Positions 31,041 to 41,088 of a stretch of DNA of 64,000 bases are shown one piece after another. The stretch is from assembly GCA_965249485.1 (NCBI GenBank), contig OZ252239.1, positions 1,312,001 through 1,376,000 of the forward strand, in the 5' to 3' direction. The position numbers and the translations under genes were made by a program. Each line of letters begins with the position of its first letter. Position 1 is the first letter of the stretch. Origin of the DNA: a bacterium (GTDB taxonomy: Bacteria > SM23-31). The notes beneath the pieces are model-generated. The model had not been told where the DNA came from, made no database searches, and was given only the letters and a program-made list of their open reading frames with translations.

Positions 31041-31874
31041 ATGTATACAATAATAACACATGACCATACGGTAATTAAAATCAGAATAGCACAGTGTCTC
31101 CTTCGATTTTTTTTGTTTTTAGTATGTATATGCAGTATTGGTATTTTTAGTACGGCGCACGGTCTTGCACAGGTAAACACGGAACAGATGAGAAGCGGGA
31201 GTAGTGATCAAGGTTTATCCGGGAATATTGACCTCAATTTTCGAATAAAAACGGGTAATGTTGACGTTGTCGATACCGGAAGCTCTCTCAGGCTTGAATA
31301 TCAGGGCGGAAAAAACCGGACATTTCTGGTAACGAACATTCAGTACGCCACAAAAAAATCTGACCCATTTATCAACAGGGGATTCACTCATATTCGTTAT
31401 AACAGAACTGCGGCAACCAACGTCATATGGGAACTCTTCACGCAACACCAGTTTAATGAATTTATTCGGCTGTTTAGCAGAACATTAGTAGGAATGGGAG
31501 GCAGATTAGTGCTCCGGGAAGAAGAGCAATCTGCTATATACCTTGGCTCATCATACATGGTGGATCGGGAACACATCGATGTCGCTTCCGGTTCAATTGA
31601 CAAATCTGTTACCTGGACTCACCGCTGGAGTAATTATTGTGTTGTGAATTGGCGCTCATCAGGAGGAGCGGTTCTGGTCAACTCACTCTATGTGCAGCCT
31701 CGAATTGACGGATTCGACGATCTGAGAATTCTCAATGAATTTGAATTGAAAACTGCATTGACAAGCCGGCTCTCAACCACACTGCAGATGAGTATCAGAT
31801 ATGACGGTAAGCCGCCGTCTGAGGTCGAAAAGACCGATTTGGAAATTCGCAATACTTTCGGAATTTCATTCTAA
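31041..31874 (+). CDS. DUF481 (YdiY-like) outer-membrane beta-barrel protein
   Basis: Signal peptide ending AQVNTE, TGN motif, amphipathic strands, C-terminal Phe (FGISF); start uncertain. Confidence 0.7.
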   Translation: MYTIITHDHTVIKIRIAQCLLRFFLFLVCICSIGIFSTAHGLAQVNTEQMRSGSSDQGLSGNIDLNFRIKTGNVDVVDTGSSLRLEYQGGKNRTFLVTNIQYATKKSDPFINRGFTHIRYNRTAATNVIWELFTQHQFNEFIRLFSRTLVGMGGRLVLREEEQSAIYLGSSYMVDREHIDVASGSIDKSVTWTHRWSNYCVVNWRSSGGAVLVNSLYVQPRIDGFDDLRILNEFELKTALTSRLSTTLQMSIRYDGKPPSEVEKTDLEIRNTFGISF

Positions 31875-31930
31875 GACTTATAAATAGACTTTTATCATAA
31901 TTGCTGAAACGCTTTGCAAAGGAAATCGTA

Positions 31931-33424
31931 ATGGTAAACTTCATAGTCAGTTGTATACTGTCTGCTCTTGTAACTGTTGCCGCATTTGCACAGGAATTCC
32001 AAAATATTCGGAATCAGATCACCGATTTTACACTCGACAACGGTATGACTTTTATTGTCATGGAGCGTCACGATGCACCCGTTGTCTCGTTTTTGACCTA
32101 TGCCGATGTCGGATCTGTCAATGAAGTGAAAGGGATCACCGGAATATCGCACATATTTGAGCATATGGTATTTAAGGGGACAACGACAATCGGAACATCT
32201 GATTATGCAGCAGAACAGCAGGCTATTGCAAAGGAGGAGGCCCTGTTTGCCACAATACTTGAAGAGCGTGAAAATGGGTCCCGGCAAGATGATGAACGGC
32301 TTGAACGGCTTTATCAGGAATTAATTGCGGCTCAAAATGCTTCAAATGAGTTTGTGATTTCTGGAGAATATGAAAAAATTATCGAAGAGAACGGTGGTGT
32401 CGGCCTTAATGCAGGTACCGGTGCGGATGTTACACAGTATTACTACAATCTTCCGTCCAATAAAGTTGAACTCTGGTTTTCGCTCGAATCTGACCGTTTC
32501 GTAAATTTTGTTCTCAGAGAGTTTTATCAGGAAATGGATGTCATCAAGGAGGAAAGGCGCCTGCGTACTGAAAATAATCCAATCGGAAAGCTCGTGGAAG
32601 AGTTTTTTGCCGTTGCTTACAAAGCACATCCTTATGGTGAACCGGTTGTCGGCCATATGTCTGACCTGAATCGGATTAACAGAAAACAGGCAGAGGACTA
32701 TTTCAAGAAATACTACGCCCCATCAAACCTTTTTGCAGCAATTGTCGGTGATGTCGATGCCGACCGCATAAAAGAGTTAGCAGAAATCTACTTTGGGAGA
32801 ATTCCTTCGGGAAAAAAATCGTCAATCTATGTACCTGAGGAACCGGTCCAGAATGGAGAGAGGAGAGTAACTATTGAAGATCCGTCACAGCCGGTTATTC
32901 TGCTCGGCTATCATAAGCCTGATGTGAATCATCCCGACGATGCGGTGTACGATGCAATCTCCGATATTATCGGCAACGGCAGAAGTTCACGGCTTTATAC
33001 CTCACTCGTGAAAGAAAAAAGGATTGCAGCTACTGCCTATTCATTAACAGGATTGCCGGGACTCAAATATCCGAACCTTTTTCTATTCCTTGCCGTGCCT
33101 ACACCCGGCCATAGTAACCAGGAATGTGAGGAAGCAATTCTGGTGGAAATAGATCGTATTCAACGAGAACCAGTCACTGCCGAAGAATTGGAAGCGGTAA
33201 AAACAAGAGCAAAAGCCTCATTCATCTCGGGACTTCGATCTAATACAGGTATTGCGCAGGCACTTACAGCCACTCATGTATTGACCGGAGATTGGCAAAA
33301 TCTCTTTGACGAATTGGATAAGATCAACAGAGTGACTGCCGAAGATATTCAGCGTGTTGCACGTGATGTCTTTACAACCTCGAATAAAATCGTCGGTGAA
33401 TTGATTACCAGTGGTGAAAATTAA
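31931..33424 (+). CDS. M16 (pitrilysin) zinc peptidase, catalytic subunit
   Basis: Signal peptide; TGISHIFEHMVFKG (HxxEH); HPY; SSRLY. Confidence 0.92.
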   Translation: MVNFIVSCILSALVTVAAFAQEFQNIRNQITDFTLDNGMTFIVMERHDAPVVSFLTYADVGSVNEVKGITGISHIFEHMVFKGTTTIGTSDYAAEQQAIAKEEALFATILEERENGSRQDDERLERLYQELIAAQNASNEFVISGEYEKIIEENGGVGLNAGTGADVTQYYYNLPSNKVELWFSLESDRFVNFVLREFYQEMDVIKEERRLRTENNPIGKLVEEFFAVAYKAHPYGEPVVGHMSDLNRINRKQAEDYFKKYYAPSNLFAAIVGDVDADRIKELAEIYFGRIPSGKKSSIYVPEEPVQNGERRVTIEDPSQPVILLGYHKPDVNHPDDAVYDAISDIIGNGRSSRLYTSLVKEKRIAATAYSLTGLPGLKYPNLFLFLAVPTPGHSNQECEEAILVEIDRIQREPVTAEELEAVKTRAKASFISGLRSNTGIAQALTATHVLTGDWQNLFDELDKINRVTAEDIQRVARDVFTTSNKIVGELITSGEN

Positions 33425-33463
33425 GCAGATTACAACTCGATAGTCTAAATACAGGAACAGTAC

Positions 33464-33820
33464 ATGGAACGTTCAGGCCGATTTTATCCTCAGGAAATTA
33501 TGGATCTTCCTGAAGCCGATATTGCGTTCAATGGAGTTCAAGGTAAATTGCTTCAGGGTGATCAGAGTCAGCTTGTTTTTATGGAAATTGAGCCAGTTGG
33601 TGAAGTTCCGCCTCATAAACATGGTGCTCAATGGGGAATTGTCTTAGATGGAGAAATGCAGCTTACGATTGATGGTGTAACGAAAACCTACACACGAGGT
33701 GACCGGTATTACATTCCCGATGGTATAATCCATTCTGCGCTCTTTACCACTAAAGTGTATTTGATCGATTATTTTGCAGATAAAGACCGGTATTTGCCGT
33801 TGCACGCTTCCCCGGCATAG
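33464..33820 (+). CDS. Cupin domain protein
   Basis: PPHKHGAQWG...GD.YYIP.G..H cupin motifs. Confidence 0.88.
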   Translation: MERSGRFYPQEIMDLPEADIAFNGVQGKLLQGDQSQLVFMEIEPVGEVPPHKHGAQWGIVLDGEMQLTIDGVTKTYTRGDRYYIPDGIIHSALFTTKVYLIDYFADKDRYLPLHASPA

Positions 33821-33847
33821 TATTGCACAAAAAATCAATAGTGAAAG

Positions 33848-35293
33848 GTGAATATGGTTAGCAGGAATCTCAAGACGTTTTCCGTTTCTATAATGGTGTG
33901 TGTTTTCAGTGTCACAAGTCTGTCTTTCGCACAAAAAAGCCATAAAGAACTGATCTTTCCAAAACTGCGAGATGTTTCACTCCCGGAAATATTTGAGCGG
34001 ACTCTCGACAATGGTATGAAGCTTTTTCTCGTCGAAGATCACGATTTTCCGATTATTTCAATGACCGCATTGATCAGGACAGGATCACTCTACGAGCCTG
34101 CTGCCCAAACAGGACTTGCCTCTCTGACCGGACAGGTAATGCGGACGGGAGGAACAGATTCAATATCGGGCGATGAACTCGATGAATTTCTCGAAAACAG
34201 AGGGGCCTCAGTCGAAGTTTCGATTGGCTTGAACTCTGCTACTGCTTCTATGTTCAGTTTGAAGGAGAATCTGCAGGAGGTTCTCGAAACGTATGCGGAT
34301 GTGCTGATGAAACCTGCATTTCCCGAAGACAAGTTAGAACTGGCAAAGATTCAGACAATGACCGCAATCAGCAGAAGAAACGACAATATAGGCGCTATTG
34401 CGCAGCGGGAATTCAAAAAAATTATTTATGGTGCTGACAGTCCTTTTGCCCGCACAACAGAATATAAAACAATCGGTTTAATCTCCCGTGATGATTTACA
34501 AGAGTTTCATCAAAAATATTTTCATCCGAACAACACTATGGTAGGAATTATTGGAGACTTTGAAACGGATGAGATAGTCGAATATCTGAGCATTGTTTTT
34601 GGCTCATGGGAAAGGGGTAATATCGATTTTCCCGATAAACCAACTGTTGAATATGAGTTCAGGCCGGGAGTATATCTCATTGATAAAAAGGATGCTGTCC
34701 AGACGAACATTGTTCTCGGACATATTGGTATTACCCGTGATAATCCGGACTATTTTGCTGTCACCGTGATGAATTCAATTCTCGGTGGTGGATTCACGAG
34801 CAGACTTTTTTCGCGGGTCAGGACCCAGGAAGGGTTAGCTTATTCGATTAGAGGAGGCCTCGATTCTAACTACAACTATCCGGGAATGTTTAGTGCTGCT
34901 TGTCAGACGAAAACAGAAACAACGGTGAAAGCCAGCAAGATTATTCTTGAAGAAATTGAACGCCTCACAAACGAACCGATTACTAAAGAAGAATTGAATC
35001 TGGCAAAGGAAGGATTTCTCAACAGATTTGTATTTAATTTCGACTCCAAGTCCGAGGTGCTCAACAGGCTTCTAACCTATAAATACTTCGATTATCCGGA
35101 TGATTTTATTATTCAAATCAAGAACAATGTCGAAAAAGTAACTATCCGGGATGTGCAGCGGGTTGCGCAAAAATATCTGCATCCCGATATGGTGCAGCTT
35201 CTGTTTGTCGGGAATGCCGAATCATTCGATGAGCCGGTGTCGGAATTTGGAGAAGTAATCCAGGTCGATATAACGATTCCCGAACAGCAGTAG
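33848..35293 (+). CDS. M16 peptidase, non-catalytic partner subunit
   Basis: LDNGMKL, GLASLT (no HxxEH), ILGGGFTSRLF..VR..EGLAY. Confidence 0.9.
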   Translation: MNMVSRNLKTFSVSIMVCVFSVTSLSFAQKSHKELIFPKLRDVSLPEIFERTLDNGMKLFLVEDHDFPIISMTALIRTGSLYEPAAQTGLASLTGQVMRTGGTDSISGDELDEFLENRGASVEVSIGLNSATASMFSLKENLQEVLETYADVLMKPAFPEDKLELAKIQTMTAISRRNDNIGAIAQREFKKIIYGADSPFARTTEYKTIGLISRDDLQEFHQKYFHPNNTMVGIIGDFETDEIVEYLSIVFGSWERGNIDFPDKPTVEYEFRPGVYLIDKKDAVQTNIVLGHIGITRDNPDYFAVTVMNSILGGGFTSRLFSRVRTQEGLAYSIRGGLDSNYNYPGMFSAACQTKTETTVKASKIILEEIERLTNEPITKEELNLAKEGFLNRFVFNFDSKSEVLNRLLTYKYFDYPDDFIIQIKNNVEKVTIRDVQRVAQKYLHPDMVQLLFVGNAESFDEPVSEFGEVIQVDITIPEQQ

Positions 35294-35351
35294 TAAATGT
35301 ACTTGGTAAAGAGTTAATTCAAAAGAAATTTTTTATATAATATTATATCTC

Positions 35352-36383
35352 ATGAATGTATCATGTGTCATATGTGGATTTGGTTATGTCGGGAAAGCGC
35401 TTGCACAGCTTCTGGAAGAACGTAGTGTGCTGCTCAAGGAGCAGTATGGAATTTCACTTACCTGTCCTGCAATTATTGCAAGCACCGGAGCAGCGGTCTC
35501 TGCTGAGGGTTTGCCATTGAGCAATATCGCCGAATATGTTCAAAACGGTAATAGGATTGATTCACACCCCAATTTCGGTCGGTCCGGCTATACATTGCAT
35601 GATGCGGTTTCGTCGTTCGAGCCGGGAATTGTGTTCGAAGTTACTCCGACAGATATCAAAACCGGGGAACCGGGATTGTCTCATTTTCAGCAAAGCATTC
35701 AACAGAAGTGGCACATAGCATCTGCTAACAAAGGGCCTCTTGTCCTCGGCATGAAGGAACTTAAAAGTGCAGCACATGATGCCGGAATCCAGATAAAGGT
35801 CAGCGGTGCAACAGCGGCCGCGTTGCCAACAGCCGATGTTGGGATTACTTGTCTTGCCGGAAGTACAATCTCCCGTATTGAAGGGATTGTGACCGGAACA
35901 GCCAATTTCCTCCTGGAACAAATGGCTGAGACAGGGCAGTCATATCATGAAGCACTCAAAAATGCACGGGAAATGGGAATATCGGAACCGGACCCAAGTC
36001 TCGATGTTGAGGGCTGGGACACTGCCTGTAAAATAATCATTCTTGCAAACGAACTTATGGATGGTACAGTTTCGTTGAGTGAAATGGAAATTGAAGGAAT
36101 AACCGGGTTGGATCCTGGAATGGTACAAGAGACAAAACAAAAAGGCCAGTCAATCAAACTACTCGGTGTCGCAGAAAAAAAAGGGGATTCTGTCCGAGCA
36201 TTTGTAAAACCGACAACCGTAGATAATACCCATCCTCTTTACACTGTCAACGGAACGGAAAAAGGGATTACCTTTACCACAGATACTATGGGAATAATAA
36301 CCGTAACAGGGGGTAAGGCAGGGCCTGTCGGGACGTCGGCGGCGCTCTTAAAAGATTTAATCAATATTTACCGGAAGAATTGA
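35352..36383 (+). CDS. hom: Homoserine dehydrogenase
   Basis: GFGYVG, ANKGPL, EPDPSLDVEGWDTACK, GAG-like GKAGPVGT. Confidence 0.9.
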   Translation: MNVSCVICGFGYVGKALAQLLEERSVLLKEQYGISLTCPAIIASTGAAVSAEGLPLSNIAEYVQNGNRIDSHPNFGRSGYTLHDAVSSFEPGIVFEVTPTDIKTGEPGLSHFQQSIQQKWHIASANKGPLVLGMKELKSAAHDAGIQIKVSGATAAALPTADVGITCLAGSTISRIEGIVTGTANFLLEQMAETGQSYHEALKNAREMGISEPDPSLDVEGWDTACKIIILANELMDGTVSLSEMEIEGITGLDPGMVQETKQKGQSIKLLGVAEKKGDSVRAFVKPTTVDNTHPLYTVNGTEKGITFTTDTMGIITVTGGKAGPVGTSAALLKDLINIYRKN

Positions 36384-36398
36384 AATTCACTATACGCC

Positions 36399-38375
36399 AT
36401 GGGTTCTATACCGGTCAATCATACGAATACATCTCTTCTCAAAACTTCTCTCACTCTATTACAGAAAATCTGTACAGCATTGGCTGAATCTGATAAGGAT
36501 GAATCCTTTTCTGCTGATAAACTCTTCAAGAGGGGTACTGGCATACTGCTTACTTACTTGTTTGGTCAATGTCGGAACAACATTAATCAGTTTGAAATGC
36601 AATTTTTGTGTACACAAGATGGTTCAGTTAATGCAGTAGACAAAGCGATTCTCACCGAAATCCGGAATCAACACGCTACGATAGCTTTAAACATTGATAA
36701 TATTCCCGATTTATACGGGAAACTTATCAGGTATTCCGTGCAGTGTAGTAATAGGGTTATTGTCCTGAAAATCGGACAAATAGGGCGGAAAGAAGGAATT
36801 TACTACACGCCTGCCGAAATAACATCATTTATTGTCCATGAAACAATCTCACCGCTGGTTGACAATCGCAGACTTCATGAATTAAAGCGAATCCGTGTCT
36901 GTGATCCGGCAATGGGCACAGGAGCATTTTTACGACAGGCTGCATGGGAGCTCACAAATGCGTTTATAGAACAATCCGATAAAAAAAGCGGACAATCGTG
37001 GGATACATGGTATCGATATGTAGTCAAAAACTGTATCTACGGAATTGACAAAGATGAAACGGCCGTGAAAGTAACCCGCGTATACTTTGCTCACTCTGCG
37101 GGATTAGCATCGGATGAATTAAAACATTTTATTGCCGGGGACAGTCTGCTTAACGAATTGCCGGACAATTGGAAATTCGATGCGGTATTTGGCAACCCTC
37201 CGTGGGTGAGCTTCGGATTACGTGGAGTAAAACGAATTCCTCTTCAACTGAGCAGACAATACAGAAAACGTTTTTCCGAAACAGCCGAATACAAGTTATC
37301 AATATATACGCTTTTTATTGAACAAGCGTTGAAGATGACAGTAGAAGGAGGGTATCACGGATTTATTGTGCCCGACAGTTGGCTTATGGGGCGTTATTTT
37401 TCTAAACTTCGGTCATTTCTTATGGCAAATACAACGTTTCAACATCTTTATCTCATTAAGAATGATTTTTGGAAGGGTCCTCATGTCGGGAGATGTACTG
37501 TTTATGTAGTTAAAAAAGAAAAACCAGCTGGAAAGAGCGGATCTATTCCGGCAAACATTATTATTGATCCCGAAGATCTGCAATCTGGAAACAATCGGGA
37601 GATTCAACTTTCATTAACTAGAATTGGTTACAGATCGCGCCACCGGATTGTTGTCTATCCCGATGAAAAAAGCCGTAAAATCACTGAGCGGATGGAGGAT
37701 TGCGGCGATGTACTCAGCAATCATATTCGATTTTATAGCGGACTTATTGGGAAAAAGGGTAAGCAGAGTATAGTTATTACCAATGGTTTTAAGGATCATA
37801 GCATGGAAAATTACGGAAAGCTTATAGAATCAGGAAAAAATCTGAATCCAAATAGTGTTACATATACCGGATGTCATATATTGCACCAGCCGGGATTATA
37901 TAAGAGTGGTTATGACGTCGAAAAGTATGAAAATCCAAAATTGTTTGTTAATCAGACCGGATATGACCTAAAAGCCTGCTATGATGATCGGGGATTCTAT
38001 TGCCTGAATAATCTCCACATAGCATATCCGGTTCATGAACATACCGACCTGCGATTCTATGCAGCGCTCCTTAACAGCAGAGTTCTCAATTTCTATTACA
38101 AGATTATGTCAATGGAACATGGCAGAGCACTCGCCCAGACTGATATCGATTTTCTTCTGCAGCTTCCGCACGGGAAGGATGATAAATACCGGGGAGTAAT
38201 TCAGTACCTGATTGAGCAAAATAGTCAACAAAAAGTGGTTTACCATTCCAACGGGTCGATTAAGTATTCGTGGACCATACCCGAAGAAATCCAACAGGAG
38301 ATGGATGTCAATTTTATTAAATGGTATACCATCCCCTTATTATTCGCAAATAAAATTCTGAAAGATATTGCGTAA
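36399..38375 (+). CDS. N6-adenine DNA methyltransferase (TaqI/Eco57I-like gamma class) with TaqI-C-like recognition domain
   Basis: GIYYTP, DPAMGTGAF (motif I), IYGID, GNPPW (motif IV), C-terminal PKLFV...ALLNS. Confidence 0.85.
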   Translation: MGSIPVNHTNTSLLKTSLTLLQKICTALAESDKDESFSADKLFKRGTGILLTYLFGQCRNNINQFEMQFLCTQDGSVNAVDKAILTEIRNQHATIALNIDNIPDLYGKLIRYSVQCSNRVIVLKIGQIGRKEGIYYTPAEITSFIVHETISPLVDNRRLHELKRIRVCDPAMGTGAFLRQAAWELTNAFIEQSDKKSGQSWDTWYRYVVKNCIYGIDKDETAVKVTRVYFAHSAGLASDELKHFIAGDSLLNELPDNWKFDAVFGNPPWVSFGLRGVKRIPLQLSRQYRKRFSETAEYKLSIYTLFIEQALKMTVEGGYHGFIVPDSWLMGRYFSKLRSFLMANTTFQHLYLIKNDFWKGPHVGRCTVYVVKKEKPAGKSGSIPANIIIDPEDLQSGNNREIQLSLTRIGYRSRHRIVVYPDEKSRKITERMEDCGDVLSNHIRFYSGLIGKKGKQSIVITNGFKDHSMENYGKLIESGKNLNPNSVTYTGCHILHQPGLYKSGYDVEKYENPKLFVNQTGYDLKACYDDRGFYCLNNLHIAYPVHEHTDLRFYAALLNSRVLNFYYKIMSMEHGRALAQTDIDFLLQLPHGKDDKYRGVIQYLIEQNSQQKVVYHSNGSIKYSWTIPEEIQQEMDVNFIKWYTIPLLFANKILKDIA

Positions 38376-38377
38376 TC

Positions 38378-40783
38378 TTATTTTTCTGATTTTTTTGCTT
38401 TCAGTCCGTTCAAGAGTGATTTCGGTGGTTTGTGGAGAGCGATTTCCAATACATCGTCAAGCTCTTTCACAAAGTGAAAGATCATTTTTCTTTTGATTTG
38501 TACTGGGATTTCAATAAGATCATTCCTGTTTTTTTCCGGTAAAATAACCTGCATAATTCCCGCGCGGTTTGCCGCAAGAACTTTTTCCTTGATACCCCCA
38601 ACGGGTAATACTAAACCGCGGAGGGTAATTTCACCGGTAAGCGCAATGTCGTTCCTCACTTTGGTACCCGTAATTAACGACACAAGAGCGGCAAGAATCG
38701 ATATTCCCGCAGATGGTCCATCCTTAGGAATAGCTCCGGACGGAACATGGATATGGATATCGGTCTTGTCGAATGGAAACTCTGTTAATTTCCACTGGTG
38801 TGCTTGCGATTTGACATAACTGAGTGCAGCTTGTGCAGACTCTTTCATGACGTCCCCAAGCTTACCAGTGAGTATTAAAACACCTTTACCCTGCATCTGA
38901 GTTGCCTCGATAAACAGAATATCACCGCCGGCAGGTGTCCATGCGAGACCTGTTGCAACACCCGTTTTCATTGTCCGTTCAGCTACATCGTAGAAGAACC
39001 GATCGGGGCCGAGATATTGTTTCAGATTTCTCTTTGTGATCACTGCTTTTTTAATTGATTTATCTACAATTCGCTTTGCGACTCCTCTGCACACCGATGC
39101 AATTTCCCTTTCGAGGTTTCTAACACCTGCTTCACGTGTGTATGCGCTGACAATCTGACCAACGGCAGATGATTTTAGCTCAATCTGTTTTTCGGTTAGG
39201 CCGTGTTCTCGCATCTGTTTCGGAACAAGGAACCGCATTGCAATTTGTTCTTTTTGCTCAGCCGTATAGCCTGGAAGATCGAGAACCTCCATTCTGTCCT
39301 TCAAGGCGGGTGGAATTGGGTCGGACAAATTTGCAGTCATTATAAACATAACTCGTGATAAATCACACGGGACATTCAAATAATGGTCAACAAATGAATC
39401 ATTCTGCTCCGGGTCGAGCACTTCGAGAAGGGCACTTGCTGGATCACCTCTGAAATCCTGGCCGACTTTATCAATTTCATCGAGCATAAATATAGGATTG
39501 ATGGCACTTGCTTTTTTGATTCCCTGAATAATCTTTCCGGGTAGCGCCCCAATATACGTCCTCCGGTGTCCGCGAATTTCTGCTTCGTCGTGAATTCCAC
39601 CGAGCGATATCCTGACAAATTTCCGGCCGAGCGCACGTGCTATCGATTTCCCAAGCGATGTTTTTCCAACACCCGGAGGTCCGATAAAGCAGAGAATCGG
39701 CCCTTTTTTACTTTTTCGTAGTTTTTGGACTGCGAGATATTCAAGGATACGTTTTTTTATCTTATCGAGACCATAATGGTCTTCATTAAGAATATTTTCG
39801 GCGTTGTCGATATTTAACCTGTCTTTTGTGTATGTTCCCCAAGGAATATCAGTGAGCCAGTCAAGATAGGTACGGGAAACAGTATATTCCGAAGATGAAG
39901 GAGGCATTTTTGACAGTCTGCTGATCTCTTTTAGAGCAACTTCTTTAACCTCCTCCGTCATTTTCGACGAATCAATTTTATCCGTCAATTCCTGAACTTC
40001 AACCGTGCGTTCGTCACTTTCCCCGAGTTCTTTTTGAATTGCTTTCATCTGTTCCCGGAGAAAATATTCTCTCTGGCTCTTATTGATTTCGCCCATAATC
40101 TTCGATTGGATCTTATTACCAAGCTCAAGAACATTTATTTCCTTAACGAGAAGCCGTGTAACTTTTTCAAGCCTGTGTTCAAGATTGACCGTTTCGAGGA
40201 TATCTTGCTTTTCCTGAGTAGAAATATTCAGACTCGATGAAATGATGTCGGCAACTCTCCCCGGTTCTTCGGTATTTGCTATGATCAAACCCTGTTCAGG
40301 AGAGAGATACGGAGCAAGATCGACTGCCTTCTGAAACATACCTCTTAAATTCGAGATCATTGCAAGAACAGTATCGTTATCGGTTAAATTTTGCTCTTCA
40401 ATCGTTTTAATTGATCCGGCAAAGTAGGGATCGACTGAAACAATCCTGTTAATTTTCATACGGTAAAGACCCTGAACAACAATATGCTGCGTCTGGTCGG
40501 GGAACTTTAAGACCTTCAGAATGAGTGCAATAGTCCCAAATTTAAAAATTTCATTTTTCTGCGGTTCTTCAACCGTTCCATCGATTTGTGTTACAAGTCC
40601 GATAATTTTATCGTTATCGAGGGCATGTTCAACAAGCTTAAGCGATTTTTCACGCCCGACAGAGAGTGGTATAACCTGTCTCGGATAGACAACTGTACTC
40701 CGCAGCGGCATAATCGCAACTTTCTTAGGAAGTTCAGCCGGATCGATATCGACCGTTTGTATAGGTTTGTCAAAAAATTCCAT
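38378..40783 (-). CDS. lon: ATP-dependent Lon protease
   Basis: GPPGVGKTS, RGHRRTYIGALPG, PKDGPSAG, PVGGIKEK. Confidence 0.97.
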   Translation of the reverse strand: MEFFDKPIQTVDIDPAELPKKVAIMPLRSTVVYPRQVIPLSVGREKSLKLVEHALDNDKIIGLVTQIDGTVEEPQKNEIFKFGTIALILKVLKFPDQTQHIVVQGLYRMKINRIVSVDPYFAGSIKTIEEQNLTDNDTVLAMISNLRGMFQKAVDLAPYLSPEQGLIIANTEEPGRVADIISSSLNISTQEKQDILETVNLEHRLEKVTRLLVKEINVLELGNKIQSKIMGEINKSQREYFLREQMKAIQKELGESDERTVEVQELTDKIDSSKMTEEVKEVALKEISRLSKMPPSSSEYTVSRTYLDWLTDIPWGTYTKDRLNIDNAENILNEDHYGLDKIKKRILEYLAVQKLRKSKKGPILCFIGPPGVGKTSLGKSIARALGRKFVRISLGGIHDEAEIRGHRRTYIGALPGKIIQGIKKASAINPIFMLDEIDKVGQDFRGDPASALLEVLDPEQNDSFVDHYLNVPCDLSRVMFIMTANLSDPIPPALKDRMEVLDLPGYTAEQKEQIAMRFLVPKQMREHGLTEKQIELKSSAVGQIVSAYTREAGVRNLEREIASVCRGVAKRIVDKSIKKAVITKRNLKQYLGPDRFFYDVAERTMKTGVATGLAWTPAGGDILFIEATQMQGKGVLILTGKLGDVMKESAQAALSYVKSQAHQWKLTEFPFDKTDIHIHVPSGAIPKDGPSAGISILAALVSLITGTKVRNDIALTGEITLRGLVLPVGGIKEKVLAANRAGIMQVILPEKNRNDLIEIPVQIKRKMIFHFVKELDDVLEIALHKPPKSLLNGLKAKKSEK

Positions 40784-41088
40784 GAGATATATCCAAACTA
40801 TTTGAGCAAGTCTACTAAGATTTCAATGGATAACAGTATCGTTCACTAAGAGAAAATGTACCCAAATTAACTTAAAAATTCAACAGAAACTTTGAATAAA
40901 GAACACTAGTTTTTCACAAAACGAGTGCCCGATTTATGTTCTGTTTCTGTACAAGTAAATATTGCAGAAAAGGTAGAAAGTACAACTCTCCTATAGTGAA
41001 AATGTCTTGCGTTCGTTCTATAATTTAATTATGTTACGCACTCATTCTTCCATAATTTCCTTTTCACTGTAACGTTGTAAAAATTCCT

